A DNA stretch of 55,541 nt from Hemiscyllium ocellatum (Eukaryota): contig NW_026867489.1 in the NCBI RefSeq assembly GCF_020745735.1, positions 372,001 to 427,541 of the forward strand. Reading direction: 5' to 3'. This document shows, piece after piece, positions 13,132 to 25,076 of this stretch (positions are counted from its first letter, which is position 1; each line of letters begins with the position of its first letter). Position numbers and translations under genes: made by a program. Below the pieces are notes generated by a model that did not search any database, had not been told where the DNA came from, and worked only from the letters and a program-made list of their open reading frames with translations.

Positions 13132-13612
13132 ATGAGGCGTATTCTAGCAGCACTCCTCGTAATTCTCTCAATTCTTAGTAAGTATTATTTCCAATAACAT
13201 TCCATTTCCTTCGGCACATATGTTTGCAATTCAAGTGTCGTTATTAGGAAAACAACGACAGTAATGAACACGATTTTGGGAGTTGCTTTTTCGTTTTTTT
13301 CTTAGAATGGAGTCAGCAAGACACTGTCGAACAGCCAGACTCCGAAATTGCGGTACAAGGAGGAGGCAATGTCACACTAAACTGCAGCTTGCAGACAAGC
13401 GATACCAACACTTATGTTTACTGGTACAGTCAACTCGTAGGAAAACCTCCTCAGTACATGGTTTCTATAGTTGGAGGAAAGGTTGTAAAGAGGAATCCTG
13501 ATGTTCCGAAACGATTCTCTTTCACATTTACTAAATCCACGAAGAATACTGACTTAACAATCAGCAAGGCCATCATTTCTGACTCCGCCATGTATTTCTG
13601 TGCTCTGGAGCC
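13132..13612 (+). CDS. Intact TCR alpha/delta V gene segment (leader 13132-13177, V exon 13306-13612)
   Basis: 46-nt leader MRRILAALLVILSIL|GTAAG and TTAG acceptor. The V exon reads WSQQDTVEQPDSEIAVQGGGNVTLNCS...VYWYSQLVGKPPQYM...RFSFTF...LTISKAIISDSAMYFCALEP, with Cys23, Trp41 and Cys104 intact and an open frame up to the RSS. Confidence 0.92.
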
Positions 13613-13652
13613 CACATTAATACAGAGTTATGACACAGCCTATACAAAAACC
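13613..13652 (+). other. Recombination signal sequence (23-type; spacer counts as 24 bp)
   Basis: CACATTA - 24 nt - ACAAAAACC directly after the V coding end. Confidence 0.88.
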
Positions 13653-15053
13653 CAGTACCAGTTAGAGCTCACCAGCAGGCTCACTCACGTCTAGAAAGAG
13701 AAAGGACAATTCAGCTCCAGAAGAAGTGTCACAGATGAGTCCAGTAATGTGAGAAAAAAAAGTGTGAACGATAAATAAAAATTAGCTACTTTTCAGAGTT
13801 GTATCAATATGTTAGCTTAGGATGTAAATGTGCTAAGACTGAATTGCGCAAACTCATCAGAGATGATCTCTTTCTGATATTGTTTCCTATCTACTTTTCC
13901 AATACATTGTCTTCTCATCCCTCCAGTCTGTGAGTCTCTACACCGCAAGAGAAATTAAATTTTACTTGTGGACTTCTGATAATGTAAAACTTGATGTTTG
14001 GTATGTGAGTTCACAAATAACGCCTTTTAATTAGCAGGATGGACAGACTGATGCGGAAATATGTATTGAAATGCTTCATCCTTCTGTTCACAGAATTGCG
14101 AAAAATAATCAGAACAAGCCACAGAGACAGCACACGTCGTTTCCCAGATGCGGTGTTAAATTTTACTTCTCAACAGTCACCGAAAATGTTGTATGAATAA
14201 AAGAATCACGTTTGAAATTAACATTAGCCTGTGTCAGGCATCCACCAATAATCATCAAACAGAACTAAACATTGTGAAAAGGCAATCATAAAAAAGCTCC
14301 GATGAGTAGAATATGCCGTGTAGAGGAAACGTGAATTTTATTACATTTTGTATCTGACAAGTCAAAATATGTTGTCATGTAAGTTTCTAAATTTTATGAC
14401 TAAGCACATTTTTTGGAAATAAGACGTGCAACCTTTGTCACCATATGCACTGCCTCAATGGTAGATACATCAAATGATCAATTCAAATTATTTCAATTAA
14501 ATTCCACTGATGCCTAACAGCCGTGGATAATCACAGACACCTGCTGTCAGGAAAAGGGACATCTGTGGATTATCAGTAGTTTAATCAGTTGTTTAATTTA
14601 ATTCAATGCGAGATGTTTGGCCAACAATGCTTTTATATAAATGTTCGGTGGACACGTTTTTATTTAACTGAATGATCCAGTCGCGTATTGAAAACGAAAG
14701 TGTTCAATTTTGGGCCAGAAAGCATCCATACACTTTCCTTCACTTCAAATGAATATATTGATATCTCTTTCTTCTGATGATATACAATGCAAGAAATAGC
14801 TAAATTATGGGATTTTCAGAGTAGCGTATCCGAAATGGTGACAATAAATGAAAAGTATGGAAACAGAAATGCTATAAACCACAACACATCAAGCAATATT
14901 CATAAAAAGAGAGGAAGCTGACCTTTAAAATCTAGATAATCCTTCATTATCGCTGGTTACAAATAAAAAGCACGCCCCGAAATGCTTGCCAAGACAGGGC
15001 AGCAAGTTTGAAACAAACTGGTCTCCCTGAAATGGGTTGCGTCAATAGATAAA

Positions 15054-15099
15054 ATGATGCACCTGATATCCGTGTCTCTACTGGTAGTTCTACACACAG
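15054..15099 (+). pseudogene. Orphan V-type leader exon (downstream V exon decayed or lost)
   Basis: 46-nt ATG...G|GT exon encoding hydrophobic MMHLISVSLLVVLHT, with the same length and phase as the other leaders. TGCGTCA lies 10 bp upstream. Only weak V-like residues follow (VNQGQRKMNEIE..., LSCSS in another frame). Confidence 0.5.
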
Positions 15100-16044
15100 G
15101 TACTGGACAACAACTAAACAATCGACAGATGCATTGTTCTCTATCCCAGCCAATCAGCTGACTGCTTTCTCTATTCTACATTTCAAAACGTCAACCAAGG
15201 ACAGCGAAAAATGAATGAAATTGAAATCGGGACTCTCCTGCAGTTCAAACTGATACTGCACATGACACATGGAATACTTTGTGCTTGTGCTTATTCAGGC
15301 AAGGTGGAAAACATCAACAATTCGTTTACACAATAATGCTTAAAATGTTTTCTTCATAACGGGTATTTGATGCCCAGTAGCCACGATGTTTGCCATTGAA
15401 ACAGGTTTCGTTCTAGCATTTTAAAAAGTGAATGTGTGAGATTTTCTGTCATATTGGTGCTTACCATGCATTAAGGTGCAGGAGAGCACTCAATGCCTTC
15501 ATTGCATGTTTGATAGGGAATATCTGTTACAATGATTAGCAATTTTGAAAATGAATTGAAAATTCTGAGAGTATATTATGCTATATGCAAAACGTATTTC
15601 ATTGTACTCTTGGTTTAGATATACTTGACAGAGACTGATGGAAGTACTGCGGTTTTACATTACTCCCGTTTCAGTGATTGCATCCACACACTTCTGAGTT
15701 TTTCATCAGAGCAGCTGAATGTATTTTGATACAGATAATACAAAGGCCAGAGCAATGATTTTTTTTAATCAAAGATTGGTTGCATCTGTGACTTTGATAT
15801 ATGCATTGAAGCCTTATGTCATCTATGAGTACGTGTCTAAGCTTGTTTAAAAATGGCTACAATGACTGTAGCACAAAATGAGCACTACCGGTTGTCAGCA
15901 GTTAACGACGTGTCAGCTCATTTCAGAACAGAATGTGTCTTATTTTCGATTCTATTCGTGGTAGTGACAATGAAGGATAGGGATTGTCACATTGCATCAG
16001 TGTCCTTACAAAGGTGTCTCATTGATTTTTAATAACTTTGCAAT

Positions 16045-16405
16045 TTAAAACAAGCTTCGACGTGATCCACAGATACAGTGCATAGCAAGATACATTTTCC
16101 CTGGGCAGAAATAGTTATCAGGATGGGGGCATAATTTTAAGGTCTTTGGAGGAAGGATAAGGGGACATGTCAAAGGTCGGTTCTTTACACAGCACCTGGT
16201 GGTTACGTAGCATGGACTGCCAGCAGTGCCATTCGACTCATTTAAACCGAGATATTTAAGATTCTCTTGGATAGGCACACACATTATCGTGAAAAATGTG
16301 TATGCAACTTGGTTGGTTGTTAGAGTAAGATAAAAGTCGGCTCAACATTGAGGGCTGAAGGGCCTTTACTATGCTGTACTATTTTATGTTCGATATTCTA
16401 TGTTC
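16045..16405 (+). mobile_element. LINE (CR1/L2-type) 3' end fragment
   Basis: ORF2 C-terminal remnant (gggcataattttaagg...ttctttacacag...) followed by the 3' UTR gtcggctcaacattgagggctgaagggcct and a (TTCTATG)-like tail. Confidence 0.7.
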
Positions 16406-17084
16406 AAAATTGAAATTCAGTTTATTTGTATCTTGTACAAATATCAGAATATTGCGAACATCATCAAATGGAGCACGGAATTAAGGCCACATTTTGCCAA
16501 GGATTGCAATCTGTCCATGTCCAGTGTATCTGGTTACCATCAGACAAGGCATTTTTTTTTGGAGGGGTTTGTTTTTGATAGTGATCTTCTTACTAGGCCA
16601 GAAGAACTGTGTTCAGAATTCACCATAGTAAACACAAATGGCCAGAGATTTGTTTCATGCCACGTTCAAATTGTTTGAAGAAGAAGCAGAAATGGTGTTC
16701 TCCAAAAAGTTCCTCGTAAGAAATTTAGTTTACGAGTCTACTATGATTACATACTGACATGTTAAAACCATTCATCGACTTTGATAAGTTCAGTATTGGT
16801 ACAGAACTGAATGTTGCAGATTCCATGTTGCTGAGTTTGTGAGTTAACTGCTTTGTAACTTCTCTCCTTCATTTGCAGTTCTAAGTACGCAGTGTTTGAT
16901 GGATTGCATTACCTATGTATCCATGTCAGGATTCCTGTTATGGTCTGATTCATTTTTTCATGAAAATAAATTCGTGAATTCGCAATAATGTATAATACGT
17001 GCTAAAGTTCTTTTGGAAAGGAGGAAGAAGTAATAGGTATATGGTAGTCCGTCAAATGAAGGGGATCTAATTTCATTTGGTCTT

Positions 17085-17165
17085 AGAGTAGGATAAAAAG
17101 TCGGTGCAACATTGAGGGCCGAATGCCTGTACTGTACTGTAATGTTCTACATTTTACGTTCTATG
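17085..17165 (+). mobile_element. Short LINE 3' UTR fragment
   Basis: Same terminal sequence as 16320-16405 (gtcggtgcaacattgagggccgaatgcctgtactgtactgtaatgttcta). Confidence 0.65.
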
Positions 17166-17995
17166 CTGTTGTTCGGGCTGTTGTTTGTGACAAGCAACGT
17201 GTAACAAGTAAGCCTACCAGTTTTCCATCTCTGTGAAGATGGAAAACTACAACAGCAGATGAAGGCACAAATGAAATAAAGCTGCAAATACTGGCGAATG
17301 ATTTCCAAGCTTTTCGCTTTCATCTGATTCTGTGCCTCATGACGCAGTAATACACGACTATTCCTATCATACTGAGACTGCTTATATTGAAGTGGTTGTA
17401 CTTATTTTAAGTGTCTGCAGTTACCATATATATGGTCCTGAAACTTCCTCATCATCTAATGTTACCACATTGTTTTAAAAAATCTTCGCTGGTGTAAAGT
17501 TTTCTCCAGATTGCACTACATGTAGCTTGCGTCCCCGATTCTGAACCATACTCCAATTGCAGCGATGCACTTCAGTCACCACTATGGTCTCCAAACACTG
17601 TGTTACTCCACCTTCATACAGGCCATCTGTGGGCACAGGCATATAAGTAAGGAATTGGTTATCAATAGCCATCCAAACGAATTTGTACGTGAGGATTTAT
17701 GTGGAATTTCTAATTTTCCTAGCTGTCATTAACATGCCTATTTCACATCAGGAATAACATCAAACACAATATCAAGCGTTTGAAATTTAATCTAAGATGT
17801 GCCTTTATGAACAGAAACAAGCATAGACTAGAAATAAATAGAAAAGCCTCTTATGGTCATAAATAGTTCTGACTGTATCTTAGTGAATACATTTTAAATG
17901 GCTAAGTTGCGAAGAAGAGAGAGAAGCCAGATGCTGTTGAATAAATTCTTCACGATGTTCACCTTATCCAGGTAGTAGAGGGGCTCAGCCCGCAG

Positions 17996-18233
17996 TGACA
18001 GAACATCTTTCTGGGAGTCATGTCCATTTTGACCTCATTCACTGCAAGATGCCTGGCGCGTTGTGACCTCAAATTATGTACAGGGACAGGTCCGTTATGA
18101 TCTAACTGACTACGTGTGGTCAGGTCCACTGTGACATCAGTGACTGCAGGGAGACTGCCTCATTATGATCTCACCCATTTACGGCTATGAGGCTCATTAT
18201 GATCTCATTCAGCTCAGGGTGCTTCTTGGTTTT
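17996..18233. repeat. Degenerate tandem array, exact 34-bp period, 7 units, conserved TGA(C/T)(C/A/T)TCA-like core
   Basis: Cores start at 17996, 18030, 18064, 18098, 18132, 18166 and 18200. The intervening ~18 nt are highly divergent. Confidence 0.8.
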
Positions 18234-19423
18234 ATCGCTGCCTTCACATGAGTCTCCCTTTCTGGGTGTATTCAGCTGAATAAAGATGGAATGCCCCAAT
18301 GAATGAGTGCAGGATTTATTGATTGTCACAAGGAAAATAATCATAAGTAGACTTTCCCAGAAATTTCGTTTGGAGCTGCGTAGACTAATTTTTTGTCATT
18401 CTTAATTATTATGTCTGAATGTCAATACACACATTTGAACCGATTGATCAGGAATTAGTTGTCGGTTCCCGTCCTGGACAATACAGAATGCCAAGGTGCA
18501 GTGGGATTATCGCAGTGCTGTTAATTTAGAGACCAAGGCAATGTTCTGGGGATTCCGATCTGAAACCCACCATGTTGGAATTTGAATCTAATAACTATCT
18601 GAAATTAGGACTCTAGTGATGACTATGAATGCATTACTATTTTTTTAAAAATCCATCTGAGTCCTGAATAGTAGTTTTGAGAAGGAAACTACTATTCTTA
18701 TACTGATCTAGACGTGAATTCACAGCCATTTAGTCGATTCTCAACTCCCCTGTGGGCAATTAGAAATGGGCAATAAATGATGTTTATCCAGCGAGCCCAC
18801 ACACCATGGTTAAAATCTAACAACAAATTTGGATGTGTCTTTGGAGTTTCGGGCAAATGTGTTTATGGCAAGAAGCGCAAGTTCTATTTCTGATGTGAGC
18901 ACTAACTCTGAGCAGGATGATTAGGAAACGAAAACAGTTCTAAAGTTGTAGTGGTAGTGTCTGAATCTCGAAACCAGGAAATCCCGCCCAGTTCAAAGAT
19001 GTTAAATTGCACATCTCAGCATGTTGTTTAGAACACCAGCATTTCACCTGATTTTAAGGACTCCAATCTGAGCACAGAAAGGAAAACGAGGTTATCCTTT
19101 TTACCAAAGAGCATTGGAGAAATTTTCTGTCTGTTCAAAACAGTGCTTTTATTCATCGACCGATTGCACTTGGTTGTTTCCAATCAAAGTAACATCACTT
19201 TAGAAAAGATTATTACAATGGAAAATATGTTATATTTCGGGCAGTGTGGCGTTTTTTAACGATCTGAAACGGTGTATCGAAATGAGAGGGTGAAAAATTC
19301 TACACTAAGTCGCCAAAGGAAACATCATTAGTTGAAAAACAAATAGAGCATTGAGAATGAGGAGGTGAAAAATGATGTGAATAGCATTTCAGCTTCAACT
19401 GCTCGTGTAGCAGCGAATATACA

Positions 19424-19437
19424 CCAGCAGAGGGTGG
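19424..19437 (+). promoter_or_regulatory. CTCF-like motif
   Basis: CCAGCAGAGGGTGG (1 mismatch in the GGC core), conserved in the paralogous block at 50068. Confidence 0.45.
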
Positions 19438-19648
19438 CACTGTAGCGCACAAAAATTTAAGATGATAGAATCTGGAAAAGAATTGGGACCTGATCAAGTT
19501 ATTGTTATTCCTCCAAACCTTGTACGTTGTATGTCTCACTGCTCCTGCCAACATCTTCTAAAACATACTTAATTACTATCAACCCATGCTCCCAAAATCA
19601 TTTCCAATTTGTTGAATTTGTACCTAACTAGATACTCATAGAGACAGA

Positions 19649-19651
<3 letters not shown>

Positions 19652-19719
<68 letters not shown>
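19652..19719. repeat. (CA)n microsatellite
   Basis: Pure AC dinucleotide run of about 34 units. Confidence 0.98.
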
Positions 19720-19721
<2 letters not shown>

Positions 19722-21415
19722 ATCCACAAGCTGATATTTAGGCATAGAGACGTTCACAGTGAGACATAGAGTCGGAGAGGCAAAGAATTTCACTGCACAT
19801 GTAAATGTCATTTTGACCTTCAAAACTGCACTGGTCAATAACAAGTGATTAACAAGTGATTAATCTCAAATTCCAATATTGATTAATTTCCTTGGATTTC
19901 ACGGCATCGCAAGTAAATGCCAAAAGAATTATCAAATGTAACAGCGTTTTTGCCTCTACCATCCTCAAAACTTGGCTTTCAGATTTTCGAGACACGCTGG
20001 CTGAGTGAAAATGTATTTACATTTTTACTGAACCTATTGCATTTTACGTTAAATTTATCTAGCAGTCATTGAGACATTAAACAATGGGAAACATTTATTC
20101 TTGTCCATTCTGCCTACAACTGCTCCTGTCCTTCCGATGTATACCTTTCGAAATTTTACACATGGCAATCATGACCGCTGAGGCCCCTCTGCTCCAAAGG
20201 TTGCAGACCGTTACATTGATTCCTCTGGCTGGCTTCCTTCTGGCCTAGTCTAATGTGAAACTATCCCCGATTTTGGGCCGAGCCGATTTCTCCTCTAATT
20301 TTGCTGCTTTTTAAGTCGCGAACTAACATTCGTTTCAAAAGTGTTTTCCAAGAAGAATATATGTACGATTCCAGAACAGTAAATAAAGCCAGTCAATGGC
20401 GGTGAAAGAACAAATTCGTCAATACCATAACACCTGGAAACGCATTGATCAATCTCGCATCTTGTGTTAATAATAAAGATCCTGTGAAAGCTTAAAACCC
20501 CGGACTGGTCTCATTTTTATGGTAAGTAGTATGCAGGCAGGTCAAATGCAGAACGAAAAGAGAATTCAGAATAATAGAGAATACTAGGAAGAGAGGAAAG
20601 GAATGTGGAGCTGGGTTTGGAGTTCAGTCCAGAGATCATGGAGCATTTGTGAGACAGGGATTTACTGACTTGAAGAAACGAGATATGATCGCACAGATGA
20701 ATCATATGGATTTTAGACAAGACAGTATTATTATCCTCACATCTTATTGAGCATAACGAAAACATTGTAAAATTGTTGAGTGCTAGAAAAAAATGATTTA
20801 TAGAATCCATCATTCAAATTGTGGACACGTGTTTGACGTTCAGTGACCTGTGCACAACTAGCGAGACAATTGACAAAGAAGAGAAGCACACGTTCTTTTA
20901 CACTTCTAACCTTAGTATAGTCTAGCATTTCAAATGTAAGTGCGTTTTTATTCAATGCTAACATTCAGAATATTATTGCAAAGACAGATACGAAATAATC
21001 AAATTTGCACAGTTTTAGAAAGTGGCATTAGCTGTGATGGTGAAACTAATTACGCAAAGGTTTTAAGGAGCAGCCACAGTCAAAATGGAAGTATTAGCTT
21101 CCATTTATACCGCGAAATTATGCAATCCGTGATCATTTATTCCCTCCATCTCTATTTGCTCGACAGTGATGCTGTGCTCAGTGACAAGACCGTCACACAT
21201 TACACAACATTCAATATTTCTGGATGCACACCTGCTTTCACACGGAGCAATGTGCTCACTCAGATCCGAGTCTACTCCAATTCCGCCATCACCTTCCCTG
21301 TGATATCACAGAGATTGATGCAGCAGTAAGTGTTAGTTATTGAGAGCAACGGTTTTCGCTAGGATCTCAGACAAAATATGCTGCAGACTGCAGAATTTCA
21401 AACCCGGAGTGCATC

Positions 21416-22233
21416 ACGAGCCATCTTCTGGCGCCAATGCACATTGTTCTCTCAATTCTCAGTAAGTTTTTCTAATGTGCCATTTCCCCTTGCTGTTTCC
21501 AGCTCAGATGGCATTATTATGAAAATAATGACGGCAATGAACATGATTTTGAATATTATTTTACCTTTTTCCGAGAATGGAGTCAGCAAGAGTCAGGGGC
21601 GGTACGGTGGCACAGTGGTTAGCACTGCTGCCTCACAGTGCCAGGGACCTGGGTTCAATTCCCACCTCAGGCGACTGACTGTGTGGAGTTTGCACGTTCT
21701 CCCCGTGTCTGCGTGGGTTTCCTCCGGGTGCTCCGGTTTCCTCCCACAGTCCAAAGATGTGCGGGTCAGGTGAATTGGCCATGCTAAATTGCCCATAGCC
21801 TTAGGTAAGGGGTACATGTAGGGGTAGGGGTATGGGTGGGTTGCGCTTCGGCGGGTCGGTGTGGACTGGTTGGGCCGAAGGGCCTGTTTCCACACTGTAA
21901 GTAATCTAATCTAATCTAATCTAAAAAGAAAAGTAATCTAAGACATGATGGAAGATCCAAACTCTGAAATGGCGGTGAATTAGGAAGCAATGTCACACTA
22001 AGCTACAGCTTCAAGGCAAGCAATTACAGCCCCAATGTTTACTGGTACAGTCAGCTCCCAGGGCACCCTCCACAGTCCATGGTTTATGTAGTTGGAGGAA
22101 AGATTGTAAAGAGGAATCCTGATTTTCCTGAAAGATTCTCTTTCACATTTACTACATCCACGATGTACAACGAGTTATTAATCAATCAGGTCATCATCCC
22201 CGACTTTGCCATGTATTTCTTTACTATGAATCC
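21416..22233 (+). pseudogene. TCR alpha/delta V pseudogene, paralog of 13132-13612, interrupted by a SINE
   Basis: The leader starts ACG instead of ATG (21416-21461). The exon starts AA TGG AGT CAG CAA as in V13 and is split by a SINE at 21596-21941. It has an in-frame TAG and a frameshift, both cysteines are lost (TAC; TTT), and it ends YFFTMNP. Confidence 0.9.
21596..21941 (+). mobile_element. tRNA-derived SINE (shark HE1/V-SINE type), young, full length
   Basis: A box TGGCACAGTGG, B box GGTTCAATTCC, V-domain body (tgtgtggagtttgcacgttctccccgtgtctgcgtgggtttcctccggg), LINE-like 3' end and (AATCT)n tail. Confidence 0.93.
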
Positions 22234-22273
22234 TACACTAATACAGAGTTATGATACAGCCCCTACAAAGCAC
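22234..22273 (+). other. Inactivated RSS of the V pseudogene
   Basis: TACACTA (essential first C lost) - 24 nt - ACAAAGCAC. The spacer is nearly identical to that of V13. Confidence 0.8.
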
Positions 22274-23799
22274 TAGCACTGAGCGTGACAGTTAGAGTTC
22301 AGCAAAAGTTTCTTTCATACCGAGAAAAAGAAAGAACAATACCAGTTTCAGAGGAAGATTTACGGTGGAGTGAATTAAAGTGAGAACAAAAGAGTGCGTG
22401 ATAAATTAACGTTAGTAACTTTTCAGAGAAATGTTCATGTATTAGTTTCGGATACAAACACACTAAGAATTAACTGCACAACGTATCAGTGGAGGTCTGT
22501 TTCCAATTTTGTTTCCCAACAAACTATTCCAATATATTGCTTTCTCATCCTTCCAGTCAGTGACCTTTGTCCATAGATAGAGAAATTAATTTTACCGGGG
22601 AACTGTTCATAACGTAAGACTCGCTCTATGGTATTATATTTAAGAAATAGAGCCATCCCACTAACAGAAACGACAGACTGAGTAGCAAATATAAATGCAA
22701 TGGCTCAGTGCTCTGTTCACAGATTTGAGAGAAGTCACCTGAACAAGGGATAGAAACTGACAGTTCTCAAATTCATGTTGTAAGATCCACTCTCAGGTGA
22801 TACGTTTAATATTGTTCCTTCATCAGTTATGTGAAATGTTGAATGAATGGAAGATTCACATTTGAAATCCACCATACACTGTTTTGGACATCTTCCCATA
22901 ATCATCAAGCAGAACCAAAGTTGAGAAAAAGCAATTCGAAAGAAGGTCCTTAGAGTGCAACATGCTGTGTACAGCCAACTTGAATTTTATTGCATTCCAC
23001 ATCCGACAAGTGGAAATGTTTTGCACTGTCAGTTCACAGATTTCACGACTAAGCATATATTTTGGAAAAAAAAAGTTTAAGCATTGTCACATTAACTACT
23101 GCTGCAACAGGACGGTGCATCATGTGGTAAATTCAAATTATATCAAAGAACATCCAGTGATATCTAAAGGAAGTGGATCCTCACAGGCGCATGCTGCAGT
23201 GAAGGGCGACATCTGCATATTATCATTAGGTTAATGAGTCCTGTGCCTGTTAAAGTCATGAATTTAAATTAGTGTGCTAGGCTCGGGCTGGAAAGCATTT
23301 TCTTTAATATTCACCACGTGCATGTTCCTTTGACCAAAAGGATCCTGTCATATATTGAAAACAATAATGTTGAATTTTGGGTTAGAAGGCATCCATCGAG
23401 TTCCCTTCACTTCAAATGCAACAACAAGCAACATTATACCCGCAACAATTTCAATCTTACCGAACCAACCCCCCACCCCCACCCCCCATCACCCAAAGTA
23501 CTATCCAAACAGCCCTGGCTTCAGCAGCAGGCTCCCCTCTGCAGGTACCATATGGTCAGTCTGGCTGCGCTTTTCCAAACAGCTACTAATGGACCACATA
23601 GCGGCTGGGCCCAGGAACCAGACCTGGGCCAGGATTCAGTGTTCGTAGTGAATACAGGTCCAATTAGTCCTAGTGTCACGTGACCTGCAGTTGCAACCGA
23701 ACGTTCTCAAACGTTCTCAGCCAACAACAAGTTCAAGGCGTGCCTATTCTGCCACGCTATCCGACGAGTTGCATTAATCTTCTCATCTAATATGGCGAG

Positions 23800-24715
23800 A
23801 GCGTTATCAGAGTAATTAATAAATTTCTGCTGAATGTAATAGGTATAATCAATCATTTCAGCCTTCCCGTTAATAATAATGGCAGGGATAAGCGACTCCT
23901 AGATCACGGGAATCTCATTTCTGAGCTTGAACACATTGGGGTTATGCTTTGGCTGACCAATGCTATCCACATGCACTGATAAGACCAGGGACATACTCCC
24001 GTTTCGAGCTGCAAAATTTCGGTGAGGGCAGAGCATCAAACTGAGCCCATGGCAATACAGCAATCTCATGCAGGAGGAGCGTGACACTGGTGGAGGCATA
24101 ATCAGAACCAAAGGCAAGCGTCCGACGCAGCCTCCTTTCCAGGCCACACATCCACCACGTTGTGTTTAAGGGAAGAGACTGAGAACTCATAACGAACTCA
24201 TCATATATCACACTGACATTAAAAGATGCGGCAGGTCACAACATCAGTCATACTCACACAAAGTGGCCCAGCAAAACAAAGCCACACCATCTGAAACACT
24301 CAAATTTCAACCATACCACACTGGTGACTCGTTCTGGTAGTCGAAGGAGTACCATAGCAACAATACTCTCAAATGTGCTGCCACACAGACTGATCTGTTG
24401 ATAAATCATGGAAGCCTGGAGGACAGGGCATCATAAAGGACAAAACGGCCACACATATATGCTAAGTGATTCGGATCAAGCAGAAAACCGACGCTGGCCG
24501 CGCCATTGAGAACAGGTGGAAGAATTATAAGGTACAAGAACGAGAAAGTACAATGGCTGCAACTTAGTACACAGGAAACAGCCCTATCTAGCCAACACAT
24601 GCATCCAAACCCCTACCTGGTCCTCAAAGTCAGCAGCTCTAACTGATCCACCCTGTGGAGAAAAGCAGACTCATGATCTGAACTGATCTCTGACAGTATG
24701 CCAAACCCCGTAATA
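23800..24715 (+). mobile_element. Possible highly degraded Gypsy integrase/3' remnant
   Basis: Weak motifs in broken frames (PFRAAKF..SPWQYSN..QEER; YHTGDSFW; SWKPG..GIIKDKT). This sequence is absent from the paralogous duplication copy. Confidence 0.3.
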
Positions 24716-25076
24716 AATTAAGTTGTGAAGAATTGCACCACTGTGCAATGCAGCTCAGACTGGGTTGGCTTAACTTTAGACAGTAACGGTAAAAGATCTC
24801 TCCTCCATTTTTCCCAAGCGTCCCAGATATAACCCTCTATGTGTGCGATCCAATATATGAAATACCGGAATTCCTGGCTTCCCACAATGCCAACCAAGAA
24901 TTCACTCTTTCTACACTGAAGTACTTTTGAGTACATTCCAAATTCAATTCTGAACTCAGGAAAGCAATCCATACCTAACAATTTAATTGGCGTCCCCTTA
25001 GAGACTAAAAAAGGCAAGTCGACTCTTTTACTGTCCATTTGTAAACTTGCTGGAACTAATTTGGATGGGAACATAA

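Larger units (their letters stand above)
11850..17735 (+). repeat. Segmental duplication unit, copy 1 (paralogous to ~20190-30000)
   Basis: Colinear similarity seen by eye: 11850~20195, V13~V21, 14730~23400, 15372~29335, 16680~29423, 17700~29970. Confidence 0.8.

Noticed and set aside
17996-18233. CRISPR array interpretation of the 34-bp periodic repeat
   Set aside because: The context is a vertebrate genome with no cas genes, and the repeats are short, degenerate and non-palindromic. Kept only as a periodic array.
21596-21670. tRNA gene
   Set aside because: The A and B boxes belong to the tRNA-derived head of a SINE. There is no cloverleaf, and the sequence continues into the SINE body.
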